From: a virus | Strand: one strand, 5' to 3' | DNA length: 61,002 nt | IMG/VR virus record: IMGVR_UViG_3300028841_000403 | Shown here: positions 33,242-41,357 of the stretch, piece by piece | Layout of the letters: every line of letters starts with the position of its first letter | How positions within the stretch are numbered: the stretch's first letter is position 1 | The notes under the pieces: model-generated | Told to the model about the DNA's origin: nothing | The model's input: the letters and a program-made list of their open reading frames with translations, nothing else | The model's database searches: none | Translations under genes and position numbers: made by a program

Positions 33242-33567
33242 GCGGGGGCCACCTCCGGCCGCAGCTTGGCCAGCAGGCGCCGCCAGAGCGACGGCCGCAC
33301 CGCCCTCGCGCGGGCCCGAGACTCCTCCATCCAGTCCACGAGGTAGGCGTGCACGGCTTCGGCTAGGGCCAGCTCCGCCTCCTGCGGCGAGTCGAAGAGC
33401 CGCGGGATGACGGATCCGGGGTAGACCAGCGGATGGCCAACCTCATCGCCGGGCAGCTCTAGGTAGGCGTTCCAGCCCAGCCCGCTCAGGGTCTGCTCGA
33501 CGGACCCGCCGAAACGCAGGTCCAGGGTCTGGCAATAGCTCGTTCGGAAGCGCAGGACCGGCTGCAT
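33238..33567 (-). CDS. Hypothetical protein
   Basis: 109 aa from the ATG at 33567, just after the dUTPase stop. Confidence 0.45.
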   Translation of the reverse strand: MQPVLRFRTSYCQTLDLRFGGSVEQTLSGLGWNAYLELPGDEVGHPLVYPGSVIPRLFDSPQEAELALAEAVHAYLVDWMEESRARARAVRPSLWRRLLAKLRPEVAPA

Positions 33568-33569
33568 GG

Positions 33570-34043
33570 TCAATCCATCCCCGTGGAGCCGAAGCCGCCG
33601 GCGCCGCGCCCGGTCGGCGCCATGGCCACCAGGCCGTCCTCGTTCGTGACCCACACCACCTTGACCGGCATCGGGACCATCGCCAGCTGCCCCACGCGGT
33701 CTCCAGGCTTCACCAGGAAGGGCTCGTCGCTCAGGTTGATGAGGATGACCTTCACCTCGCCCTGGTAGTCGGCGTCTATGGTCCCGAACACCCCGTGGAT
33801 GCCCTTGCTGGAGAGGCCGGAGCGCGGGCGAACCTGGGCCTCGAAGCCATCAGGGATGGCGATTCGCAGCCCCGTCCCGATGAGGGCCTGCTGGCCGGGG
33901 TGGATCCATTCCTCCGTCTGGATGGCGGCCCGCAGGTCCGCGCAGCTCGCCTCCTCTGTGGCGTAGGCCGGAAGCGGAAGATGACCCGCCCCGGCCACCT
34001 GCTCCACCTGCACCTGAAGGTGCGGCCTGTTCCGCCCGCGCAT
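33570..34043 (-). CDS. dut: dUTP diphosphatase (trimeric dUTPase)
   Basis: 157 aa. ...ASCADLRA...VRPRSGLSSKGIHGVFGTIDADYQGEVKVILINLSDEPFLVKPGDRVGQL...GRGAGGFGSTG carries dUTPase motifs 1-5. Confidence 0.9.
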   Translation of the reverse strand: MRGRNRPHLQVQVEQVAGAGHLPLPAYATEEASCADLRAAIQTEEWIHPGQQALIGTGLRIAIPDGFEAQVRPRSGLSSKGIHGVFGTIDADYQGEVKVILINLSDEPFLVKPGDRVGQLAMVPMPVKVVWVTNEDGLVAMAPTGRGAGGFGSTGMD

Positions 34044-34348
34044 CAGGCCTCCGCTCCGGCCATCATCCCGGCCAGGACCTTCTTCAAGTCGTCCTGGCCC
34101 TTCAACCTCATGCGCATGGTGGAGAACTCAATCTCGCCTTGCAGCGCGCCGCTGTTGAAGTGGCCGACCTTGATTTCGCCAGGCAGGCGCACGATGTCGA
34201 ACTGCGCGGAAGGCCGGTGCGTCAGCAAGACCATGAACCCACCGGGCAGCATCGTGCTCGTCTGGTCCTTGTCCGTCCAGAGGATCTTGTCGGCCTTCGT
34301 CAGCTCGATCAGCTCGTCGTGGATGATGTCGATTTCGTCCCTGTGCAT
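34043..34348 (-). CDS. Hypothetical protein
   Basis: 101 aa. ATGA overlap with dut. Confidence 0.45.
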   Translation of the reverse strand: MHRDEIDIIHDELIELTKADKILWTDKDQTSTMLPGGFMVLLTHRPSAQFDIVRLPGEIKVGHFNSGALQGEIEFSTMRMRLKGQDDLKKVLAGMMAGAEA

Positions 34349-34410
34349 TGGATCTCCATGGCGGGGCCGCGCCCCGGTGAGGGTGGTTTAGAAGGCGGTT
34401 CGGCGACGGC

Positions 34411-34983
34411 TCATGCGGCCGCGCCCTTCTCCCCGTCCTCGGGGGTCTCAGGCTGCTGCATGCAGACCTGGATGAGGGCTTCCGCTTCCGCCTCCGGGAA
34501 GGCGCAGCGGATAGCATCCAGGGCGAGGGCCTCGACATTCCGCAGGTGCAGCTGGCCGTTGAAGAGATGGATCAGCCGGGAGGAGATGGCGAGCACCAAG
34601 GCCCACCAGGCCCCTTCGGCGCCCTGCTCTTCTCCTTCGGGGATGGAGGCCACCACGGCCAGGGCCGCGGCTTCCGCGCGCGCCTCCAGTTCCCGCGCCA
34701 CGGCATCCGGCAGCCCGCCGCGCCGCAGCACCTTCCCCAGGTTCTCCAGCGCCCGCTGGCACCGCCGCCGCTGCTGGGAGTCCTCCAGCCGGCGGTAGAC
34801 CTCCTGGAGGGCGTAGAGCTGGGCGCAGACCGAAAGCAGCCAGCGCGTGAACCGGACATAGCGCTCTGGAATCTCGATCTCGAAGGCTGGTATCTCGACC
34901 GGAGGATGTAGCTTGGCGCGCCAGGAACGGGCGCTGGCCTTCGGTTCGATCTGGATGGGGGGAGTGATGGTCTCGATTCTCAT
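34411..34983 (-). CDS. Hypothetical helical protein
   Basis: 190 aa; no family recognised. Confidence 0.45.
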   Translation of the reverse strand: MRIETITPPIQIEPKASARSWRAKLHPPVEIPAFEIEIPERYVRFTRWLLSVCAQLYALQEVYRRLEDSQQRRRCQRALENLGKVLRRGGLPDAVARELEARAEAAALAVVASIPEGEEQGAEGAWWALVLAISSRLIHLFNGQLHLRNVEALALDAIRCAFPEAEAEALIQVCMQQPETPEDGEKGAAA

Positions 34984-35135
34984 GGGAGGCTCTTACCCCC
35001 CTTGTCGAAGGCGAGCATCACCAGCGCCAGCGCGCCCAAGGCCACCGCGAAGACGAGGAAGTTGAGAAGGAAGGTCGCCCAGGCGCTGGGCTCCTTCCCC
35101 CTGCAGGGATGCACCACCTGGGGCTCAGGCCGCAC
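34980..35135 (-). CDS. Putative small membrane protein (51 aa, GTG start)
   Basis: My own translation is ...CRGKEPSAWATFLLNFLVFAVALGALALVMLAFDKGGKSLP. Its stop overlaps the next ATG (ATGA). The start codon is uncertain. Confidence 0.3.
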   Translation of the reverse strand: MRPEPQVVHPCRGKEPSAWATFLLNFLVFAVALGALALVMLAFDKGGKSLP

Positions 35136-35298
35136 GCTTCCTCCTCGGGTTGGACTGCCGCGCCTGGCTCTCCTCCAGCATCTTGGCCATCACCTCTTCC
35201 ATGAGGCGCCGCCGCTGGCGGTAGAAGGCGCCGGCGATGCCTTCCGTGGGGACGGGCTCCGCGAGCTTGCGCTCCAGGTCCTCAGCCAGCGGGTGCAT
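35125..35298 (-). CDS. Small hypothetical protein (57 aa)
   Basis: My own translation is MHPLAEDLERKLAEPVPTEGIAGAFYRQRRRLMEEVMAKMLEESQARQSNPRRKRAA. ATGA overlap with the upstream RHH gene. Confidence 0.35.
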   Translation of the reverse strand: MHPLAEDLERKLAEPVPTEGIAGAFYRQRRRLMEEVMAKMLEESQARQSNPRRKRAA

Positions 35299-35480
35299 CA
35301 GCCCACCTCCTGGGTCTGGCGCAGCTTCGCCAGATAGTCGTCCACGGCGGAGCGCATCACCTCGCTGCGGCTTCGGCCGGTGTCCTTGCAGAAGACTTCG
35401 AGGGCGTCCGCAAGTTCGGGCGTGAGGTGGACCGGGACCGGCACGGTGCTCCGGCGCAGGGGTGGGCAGCGTCCAGGCAT
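35298..35480 (-). CDS. Ribbon-helix-helix (CopG/Arc-like) protein
   Basis: 60 aa from the ATG at 35480. ...VPVHLTPELADALEVFCKDTGRSRSEVMRSAVDDYL is an RHH pattern. Confidence 0.6.
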   Translation of the reverse strand: MPGRCPPLRRSTVPVPVHLTPELADALEVFCKDTGRSRSEVMRSAVDDYLAKLRQTQEVG

Positions 35481-35683
35481 CAGGACTTCTCCTTCAGCTT
35501 TCGGTTGAGGGTGTTGCGGTGCAGGCGCGCCTCGCGCGCCGCCGCGCATTTGTTGCCGCCGTGCTTGGCCACCAGCTCGGCCAGGAAGGCGGTCTCGAAG
35601 GTGCGAAGCGCCTTGTCCAGGGGGATGCCCTCATGGATGGCCTGCTCCGCCATAGAGCGCAGGCCTCGGAGCGCGGCTGTCAT
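35480..35683 (-). CDS. Fis-type HTH DNA-binding protein
   Basis: 67 aa. ...HGGNKCAAAREARLHRNTLNRKLKE matches the HTH_8 (Fis/NtrC C-terminal) pattern. Confidence 0.65.
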   Translation of the reverse strand: MTAALRGLRSMAEQAIHEGIPLDKALRTFETAFLAELVAKHGGNKCAAAREARLHRNTLNRKLKEKS

Positions 35684-36000
35684 GGCGCGGCCTCCAGGTC
35701 CTGCTCTCGGTAGCTGTTCGTCGCGCCGTTTTCCCAGGCCACGAAGTAGGGCCGCGCATCCGCGCCCGGCGAATGCTTCCGGCCGCCGGCCTGGATGATG
35801 GTCCCGAGGGACCCGCCGCCCTGCCCCTTCGGGATGTAGACCGGATCCTCTTCGGGGCCGATAGGGAAGCCGCGGTAGTAGGCGATGGCCTCGCGCGTGA
35901 GCCTCACGCGGGTGCCCTCCGCCAGCAGAGGCGCCGCCGGAAGCTCGAGCGGCTCGAAGGGGTCACAAGGCAGGGAGCCGATGAAGCGGATGACGCTCAT
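35680..36000 (-). CDS. Hypothetical protein
   Basis: 106 aa; coupled ORF. Confidence 0.4.
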   Translation of the reverse strand: MSVIRFIGSLPCDPFEPLELPAAPLLAEGTRVRLTREAIAYYRGFPIGPEEDPVYIPKGQGGGSLGTIIQAGGRKHSPGADARPYFVAWENGATNSYREQDLEAAP

Positions 36001-36260
36001 GGTTCATCTCCATTCCAGAGCGGAACGCCTTGGGCATCGAGCTTGATGCCTTTGGGCGCGCGGCGCGGGTAGAGGCCGGGGATGTAGCGCCGGACCTCTT
36101 CGCACCAGATTTTGTAGGGCCATCGCTCGCGGCGGCCGAAGGGATAGGCCTTCTTCACCAGCGCACGGGCTTCGGTGAGCTTGCCTTTCGCCACCAGGCC
36201 ACGAGCCTCGTTGAGGAGCGGGACCAGCGCTTGCACGGAGCGCGCGCGCCAATTGCTCAC
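35997..36260 (-). CDS. Hypothetical protein
   Basis: 87 aa; coupled ORF. Confidence 0.4.
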   Translation of the reverse strand: MSNWRARSVQALVPLLNEARGLVAKGKLTEARALVKKAYPFGRRERWPYKIWCEEVRRYIPGLYPRRAPKGIKLDAQGVPLWNGDEP

Positions 36261-36583
36261 CGAACCTCCGCCAGCGGAAGCGGCTTCATCCTGATCCCAT
36301 CGCCCACGATAAAGAAGCGGTGGGCGTCACCAAGGGCGACGGCGGCCTTGTTCAACTCCTCCACGAGGCCTTCCATGAACTCCGGCGTGTTGCATCGCTT
36401 TGATTCGGCGGCGTAGGACGCGAGGTCTGTCAAGGCCTTCTCGATGTCGTCCATGCGCCCGATGCGGTGGAGTGGATCATCCTCGTTCACGCATCTCCAG
36501 CCGCTCTCCTTCACCCCTTGAATGGATGGCCACCAGTTCATCAGCTCGTCACAGGTCCGGCAGCGCTGGACATCACTCATCAC
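36257..36583 (-). CDS. Hypothetical protein
   Basis: 108 aa; coupled ORF. Confidence 0.4.
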   Translation of the reverse strand: MMSDVQRCRTCDELMNWWPSIQGVKESGWRCVNEDDPLHRIGRMDDIEKALTDLASYAAESKRCNTPEFMEGLVEELNKAAVALGDAHRFFIVGDGIRMKPLPLAEVR

Positions 36584-36734
36584 GGCTACCTTCCCTGCGG
36601 TCGAAGTCGCGGCGCTCTTCCACCTGCTTCCGGCAGAAGAGGGCCTTCCCCTCCTTGTCCCTGCCCTGGGAGATTGCGCCGCGCTTCACCTGGTAGCCGG
36701 CCGCGCGCCAGTCGTCGTAGGTCTTCATCTTCAT
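36573..36734 (-). CDS. Small protein with an ArdC-N-like motif
   Basis: 53 aa: MKMKTYDDWRAAGYQVKRGAISQGRDKEGKALF.... Its ATG overlaps the true methyltransferase stop (ATGA at 36731..36734). In the ORF track it is fused to the methylase by the frameshift. Confidence 0.45.
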   Translation of the reverse strand: MKMKTYDDWRAAGYQVKRGAISQGRDKEGKALFCRKQVEERRDFDRREGSRDE

Positions 36735-37877
36735 GCCAGCTCCTTGAAGAGGGGCCCGCCCTGCGGGTCGTACTCGTGGATCCGTGCCCGCGCCATGGAG
36801 GCGTATTCCGGGTTCAGCTCGATCCCCACGAACTCGCGGCCCAGCTTGAGGGCCGCGCATCCGGTGGTCCCCGAGCCACAGAAAGGGTCCAGAACTCGCC
36901 CCCCCCCCAGCACTTCCGGCGAGGATGCAGAGTTCGGCCAGCTTGATGGGCATGGTTGCGAAATGCGCGCCCTTGAAGGGCGTGGTGGCCACGGTCCAGA
37001 CGCTGCGCTTGTTCCGGCCATTGGCGGGCGCGGCCTGGTCAAGGCGAAGGGTGTTGTTGGGCTGGCCAGCGCGGTTCACTTCCCCTGAGCGTTCAGCCTT
37101 CCCACCCTGGGCGCGATGAGGGGCAACGCGGGCGAAGGTGGATTCTGCGAGTGGCTCGCGGATCTCCTCCGCGTCGAAGTAGTAGTCGAAGGCGCGCCAC
37201 CTGGGCATGGTGTTTTCGGGATCGTCCTCGGTGGGATCGGGGAGAGTTTCCGACAGATCCGGGTCCGCGCTCCACTCCATCGTGTCCCTGGCGCGCCAGC
37301 GCGTGGGCTTGCCGGACTTGGAGAGGAGGAAGAGATACTCGTGGCTCTTGGTGCAGCGGTCCCGGACGCTTTCCGGCATCGGGTTCGGCTTGTGCCAGAT
37401 GATGTCCTGGCGAAGCCACCAGCCGGCCGCCTGAAGGGCGAAGGCCACGCGCCAGGGGATGCCCACGAGGTCCTTGTGCTTGAGGTCGCCAGCGGCGCGG
37501 TGTTTCACTCCTCCGGCCGCGGCCCGATCACGCCGGAAGCTGCGCAGGGCATGGGAGCTTCGGAACTGCGCGTGAGGGGCAGTCGAGCCCTCAAGGGCAC
37601 TGGATTCCATGGCGGGCCCGTTCGCACGGGTGCAGTAACTGTCGCCGATGTTGAGCCAGAGCGTGCCGTGGGGCTTCAGGATGCGGCGCACCTCTTCCAG
37701 GACTTCCACTAAGGCCTCGGCGAAGGCCTCAGGCGTCTCCTCCAGCCCCATCTGGCCGTCCACGCCGTAGTCCCGCAGGCCCCAGTAGGGCGGCGAAGTG
37801 ACGCAGCAGTCCACCCACTCACTGGGAAGCGTGCGAAGGGTGGCGAGGGCATCGCCCTGGAGGACCTCCCAGCTCAT
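36731..37877 (-). pseudogene. Beta-class DNA methyltransferase (motif IV SPPY, suggesting N4-C or N6-A) with its frame broken at a G10 tract. It is either phase-variable, an assembly error, or a pseudogene.
   Basis: The N-part (frame of 37877) carries ...CCVTSPPYWGLRDY... and ...AHFATMPIKLAELCILAGS. The C-part (frame of 36731..37042) carries ...RVLDPFCGSGTTGCAALKLGREFVGIELNPEY.... The two frames meet exactly at 36899..36908. Removing one G gives a 381-aa intact enzyme. Confidence 0.8.
36899..36908 (-). repeat. Homopolymer tract: C10 on the plus strand, G10 in the coding strand, at the methyltransferase frame break
   Basis: The plus strand reads agaactcgcc ccccccccag. Confidence 0.95.
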
Positions 37878-38407
37878 GCGCCGCCCCCCCGCAGAATCGA
37901 GCCCAGTAGCCCCTTGCGCCGCAGGTAGTCCATCGCGCTGTTGGGAAGCTCGTCCTTCCCCGTGTCGCGCCGGTAGGCCCAGGCGAGCTTGCGCACGAGC
38001 GCGGCAAGGTCGCGGCGCTCGGCCTCGCGGCTCACCACCGCCGGGTCCATCGGAATGAGCATCTGCTGGTAGATCCAGCGCGCTTCCCAGTTCTCGAGGG
38101 GGCTGTTCGGGTCAGGGTCGTGGATGACCTTTTCCCCGTAGGCCACGAGCGGGTGAAGCTCGCCGTCCGCCTTGCGGGCGAGGACGATGGAGTAGCCAGG
38201 GCATCTCCACTCGCTCAATCCAGCAGGGACCGAGAGGCAAGAGAGGCCGAACTCCCCCAGGACCAGCGCCCAGTGGGCCAACCAGCCCTCGTTCGAGACA
38301 TCCCCTTCCGGAATGCGGATCTCGTCCAGGCCGACCTCCAGGAGAGAGGCGAGGCAGGCCGCGTAGGCAAAGGGCATGCCCTTCTGCTTCTGGAACAAGG
38401 CCTTCAT
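37874..38407 (-). CDS. Hypothetical protein between the two methyltransferases (possible Cys/His peptidase-like fold)
   Basis: 177 aa from the ATG at 38407 (ATGA overlap with the C5-MTase stop). Cys in FAYAACLASLL and His/Asp in HPLVAYGEKVIHDPDP are only a weak hint. Confidence 0.4.
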   Translation of the reverse strand: MKALFQKQKGMPFAYAACLASLLEVGLDEIRIPEGDVSNEGWLAHWALVLGEFGLSCLSVPAGLSEWRCPGYSIVLARKADGELHPLVAYGEKVIHDPDPNSPLENWEARWIYQQMLIPMDPAVVSREAERRDLAALVRKLAWAYRRDTGKDELPNSAMDYLRRKGLLGSILRGGGA

Positions 38408-40368
38408 GCCGCCACCCCGAATTCCGCGCGGCGGTCCTCCACGATGGTCCGCACGAGGGCCTGGACCGTGTGGACGGGGCACATGTTGCCGATCATCTTC
38501 ACCTGGTCGCCCTTCTTGAGTTCGGAGCCATCCGGGCGCCTGAAGCTGAAGGTGTCGGGGAGGCCCATGGCGCGGGCCAGCTCGCGCGGCTGGAGCATGC
38601 GAAGCCCGATGTCAGCCAGCACGAACTCCTGGCCCTGGATCGTCACGGTGACGAGGGCGAAGCGGTCCTTGGTGTCCTGGGTCCGCATCGGATCGTCCAG
38701 CGGGTGCGTGTAGAACTCCGGCCGGTCCCCGGCGCCGTAGCGCTGGAGGAAGGCCGCCACCATGGCGTAGTGCTGGCCGTTCGCCGCCAGGGCCCCGATG
38801 GGCTCCGACATGGGGGATCCGGTGCATTCCCCGTTCAGGCGGGCGATGGAGGCCGCCACCACGGCGTGCCGGGCCTTCGTGGTCGCCGTCGAAAGGGGGG
38901 CGTCAGCGGGCCAGATGCTCCGGCTCGATGCCTGGTCAATGCCGACCAAGTGCGCCGCCCCCAGCTTCTCTTCCAGCAGCGCCGCCACGAGGGCGTGCTT
39001 CTGGCCGCAGGCCACCACCGTGCCCAGGGGCTCCTCGATGTTGAGGGCGCGGGGCGCCTGCCCCTCGCGCTCGCCGTAGCCGGTCTGGACCAGCGTGGCG
39101 GCCACCAGGGAGTTGTGGTCCTTGGAGGTGACGGTCGGCATAGGGGTGTCCACGCCCGCGCCTACCACGCCCGTGTAGTGCTTGGCGATGAAGGCCGCCT
39201 CAACCACGGCATGTCCTCCGCCGGTTGAGACGGTCCGAAGGGGCTCCTCTGCGGAGTAGGCGCAGGTCGCGTTGCTCTTGTGCATGTCCGTCCGGACCAT
39301 GGAAACGGCCACCAGGGCGCTGTCCGCCTTCGTGGTCACGGTTCCGATGGGCTGGTCCGCGCCGCGGGGCTCGCTCTGGCCGGCCCGGCCGCCCACGCCC
39401 ACCAGGCAGGGCGCGGCCAGAGCCTTCTCGCCGCGTTGGGCGCCAGTGACGGTCTTCATGGGTTCGTCCAGGGCCTCCACGCGGCCCCCATGCGTGAGGT
39501 TCACGATGAAGGGCTCGCCCGTGAGGACGAAGCGCTCGATGCCCGCCGCGATGCGCTTGAGCGTCTTCTCCGCCAGGGGCTTCTTGCGGTCGAAGATGCT
39601 GGGGCACGGAAGGGTGAAGTCAATGCACTCCGCCGCGGTGCGCCAGGGTGGCAACGCCGCGTCGAAGAGCCCAGCAGGCTTCTTCGGGTTCCGGTGCGTG
39701 GCCTCGGGCCAGCGGATCGGGATGCCGTCCTTCACCGCCTGCAGGAAGAACCGCCTCCGGATGGTGGGATCGCCGTAGTCGGCGGCGCAGAGGACACGGT
39801 GCTCCACCTCGTAGCCCAGGCCGCGAAGCTCCAGGATGAACGCGGCGAAGAACTCGCCTTTGCGCGCCTTGATCGGCTTCTCGAAGTGGCAGCTTTTCAC
39901 GGGGCAACGCTTGGCACCCGCGGGCCGTCCCTTGCAACCTCCTGAGTGGTCCTTGTGCAGCGGGCCCCAGTCCCGGAACTCGGGCACATTCTCCATCAGC
40001 AGCACCTTCACATCCGCCACCTTGAGGAAGCGATCCACCACCTCCTGGGCGTGGGAGCGCTGCTGGTCGCTGACGGGCTTGCCGCCGCGCGCCGTGGAGA
40101 AGTGGACGCAGCTCGGGCTGGCCCACAGCATGTTGATGGTCTGGCCGGCGAGGCCGAAGTCCGCGGCCGTGACCTCTTCGATGGCCTCGCGGCGGCACTC
40201 GATGCCGGGGAAGTTCTGGCGGGCGGTCTGGATCGCTTCGTCCCAGTGGTTCAGCGCGTAGCCGACCGTGCTTTCGGTCTGGATGCCCAGCTCGGCGAAG
40301 GCCTGGAGCTTGCCCTGCATCTCGCCGCCGGCGCCGCAGAAGAGGGACATGGTGACGGGCTTACGCAT
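38404..40368 (-). CDS. dcm: DNA (cytosine-5)-methyltransferase with eight tandem TRD-like units (candidate multispecific enzyme)
   Basis: 654 aa. Motif I is LFCGAGG, motif IV is SPSCVHFS, motif VI is ENVPEF, motif VIII is TIRRRFF, and motif X is GNMCPV. Residues about 300-575 hold 8 units of (D/E)xPxxT(V)T....(H)A(L/V)V spaced 32-44 aa apart. Confidence 0.85.
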   Translation of the reverse strand: MRKPVTMSLFCGAGGEMQGKLQAFAELGIQTESTVGYALNHWDEAIQTARQNFPGIECRREAIEEVTAADFGLAGQTINMLWASPSCVHFSTARGGKPVSDQQRSHAQEVVDRFLKVADVKVLLMENVPEFRDWGPLHKDHSGGCKGRPAGAKRCPVKSCHFEKPIKARKGEFFAAFILELRGLGYEVEHRVLCAADYGDPTIRRRFFLQAVKDGIPIRWPEATHRNPKKPAGLFDAALPPWRTAAECIDFTLPCPSIFDRKKPLAEKTLKRIAAGIERFVLTGEPFIVNLTHGGRVEALDEPMKTVTGAQRGEKALAAPCLVGVGGRAGQSEPRGADQPIGTVTTKADSALVAVSMVRTDMHKSNATCAYSAEEPLRTVSTGGGHAVVEAAFIAKHYTGVVGAGVDTPMPTVTSKDHNSLVAATLVQTGYGEREGQAPRALNIEEPLGTVVACGQKHALVAALLEEKLGAAHLVGIDQASSRSIWPADAPLSTATTKARHAVVAASIARLNGECTGSPMSEPIGALAANGQHYAMVAAFLQRYGAGDRPEFYTHPLDDPMRTQDTKDRFALVTVTIQGQEFVLADIGLRMLQPRELARAMGLPDTFSFRRPDGSELKKGDQVKMIGNMCPVHTVQALVRTIVEDRRAEFGVAA

Positions 40369-40531
40369 GGATCACCTCCTTCCGCTGGCTGGTTCTGCGC
40401 ATCGGCGTCCGGAGCCCGATGCAAGCCGCGATGCGGCGCCGGGATTCGTCCATGCCCGTGTCCCGCTGGACGAACATCGCGGCAAACTCCTTCACCTCGG
40501 CGAGGATCTCCTCTGCTTCCTTCCTGCTCAC
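40361..40531 (-). CDS. Small hypothetical protein (56 aa, GTG start)
   Basis: My own translation is VSRKEAEEILAEVKEFAAMFVQRDTGMDESRRRIAACIGLRTPMRRTSQRKEVIHA. GTGA overlap upstream; its stop overlaps the dcm start. Confidence 0.35.
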   Translation of the reverse strand: MSRKEAEEILAEVKEFAAMFVQRDTGMDESRRRIAACIGLRTPMRRTSQRKEVIHA

Positions 40532-40872
40532 CGCCACAGCTTCTCCTTCAGGACCTCAACGACGCGGCCCACTGGCATGAAGAGCCAGCGGGTGCGCTCG
40601 CTGCGGTGCTCGCGGCGCTCCTGCATCACCGTGACGGCCTTCTCCTTCTGCTTGTGGCCAGGGCATCCGCCGCCGGAGAAGTCGAAGCCGTCGCACGGCT
40701 GGCCGATGGGCAGAACCTCGCGGCCCGCGGCCAGGTGCTTCATCAGCTCCTCCTTGGCCATCCGGGTGCTCATGAAGCGGCCGCTGCCGTCCTTGAACAG
40801 GTTCTCCAAGTCCCGTTCGGGGCCGGCCAGATAGCCGCGTACCGAAAGGCACACATGGAAAGTCGTCGTCAC
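40528..40872 (-). CDS. Hypothetical protein
   Basis: 114 aa; coupled ORF. Confidence 0.4.
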   Translation of the reverse strand: MTTTFHVCLSVRGYLAGPERDLENLFKDGSGRFMSTRMAKEELMKHLAAGREVLPIGQPCDGFDFSGGGCPGHKQKEKAVTVMQERREHRSERTRWLFMPVGRVVEVLKEKLWR

Positions 40873-41357
40873 GCAACCTCCGAAACGGCATCAGCGCCGC
40901 AGGTCGGGCAGTTCTTGGGGGTGGGGGCGTTGTAGAGCGTCCAGTCCGATCGGCACCAGGCGCATTTGAAGTGCTTGGCGTGCTGGAGGGGCTTGGGCTC
41001 CTCCGGTCGGCGCCGCGGTGGCACGAGGTCGTCCATGGCGTTCCGGAGCTTGCTGCCGCGGTCCTGGACCCAGGGCCGGGCCTGGGCGATCCAGTCCTTC
41101 ATGCGCTGGGCGTCCACCGCCGCCTGCTTCCGGCGTTGGACCACATCGGCCGGGTCCGCGATGTCGAAGCTCCCGTCCGCGTTGTAGAACCGGCGGTTCG
41201 CGTCGGCGCGGCGCTGGAGGCGCTCCAACATCTCTTCCAGGGCCGCGCAGGCGAGGGATTCCGAGGCCTCGTTGTAGGCGTGGCCGATGACGATCCCCTT
41301 GACCGTCTCGAAGAGCTCTTCATCCGTCGCGATGGAGAAGGAGTCCGGCGTCCTCAT
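40869..41357 (-). CDS. Hypothetical protein with a C-terminal zinc ribbon
   Basis: 162 aa from the ATG at 41357. The C-terminus is CAWCRSDWTLYNAPTPKNCPTCG. Confidence 0.45.
   Translation of the reverse strand: MRTPDSFSIATDEELFETVKGIVIGHAYNEASESLACAALEEMLERLQRRADANRRFYNADGSFDIADPADVVQRRKQAAVDAQRMKDWIAQARPWVQDRGSKLRNAMDDLVPPRRRPEEPKPLQHAKHFKCAWCRSDWTLYNAPTPKNCPTCGADAVSEVA

Noticed and set aside
36573-37877. A single 434-aa ORF, as listed in the track.
   Set aside because: It is a chimera. It joins the methyltransferase N-part, out-of-frame residues after the G10 tract, and the separate 53-aa downstream gene. The real methylase C-terminus, with the FCGSGTTG motif, is in the other frame (36731..37042).
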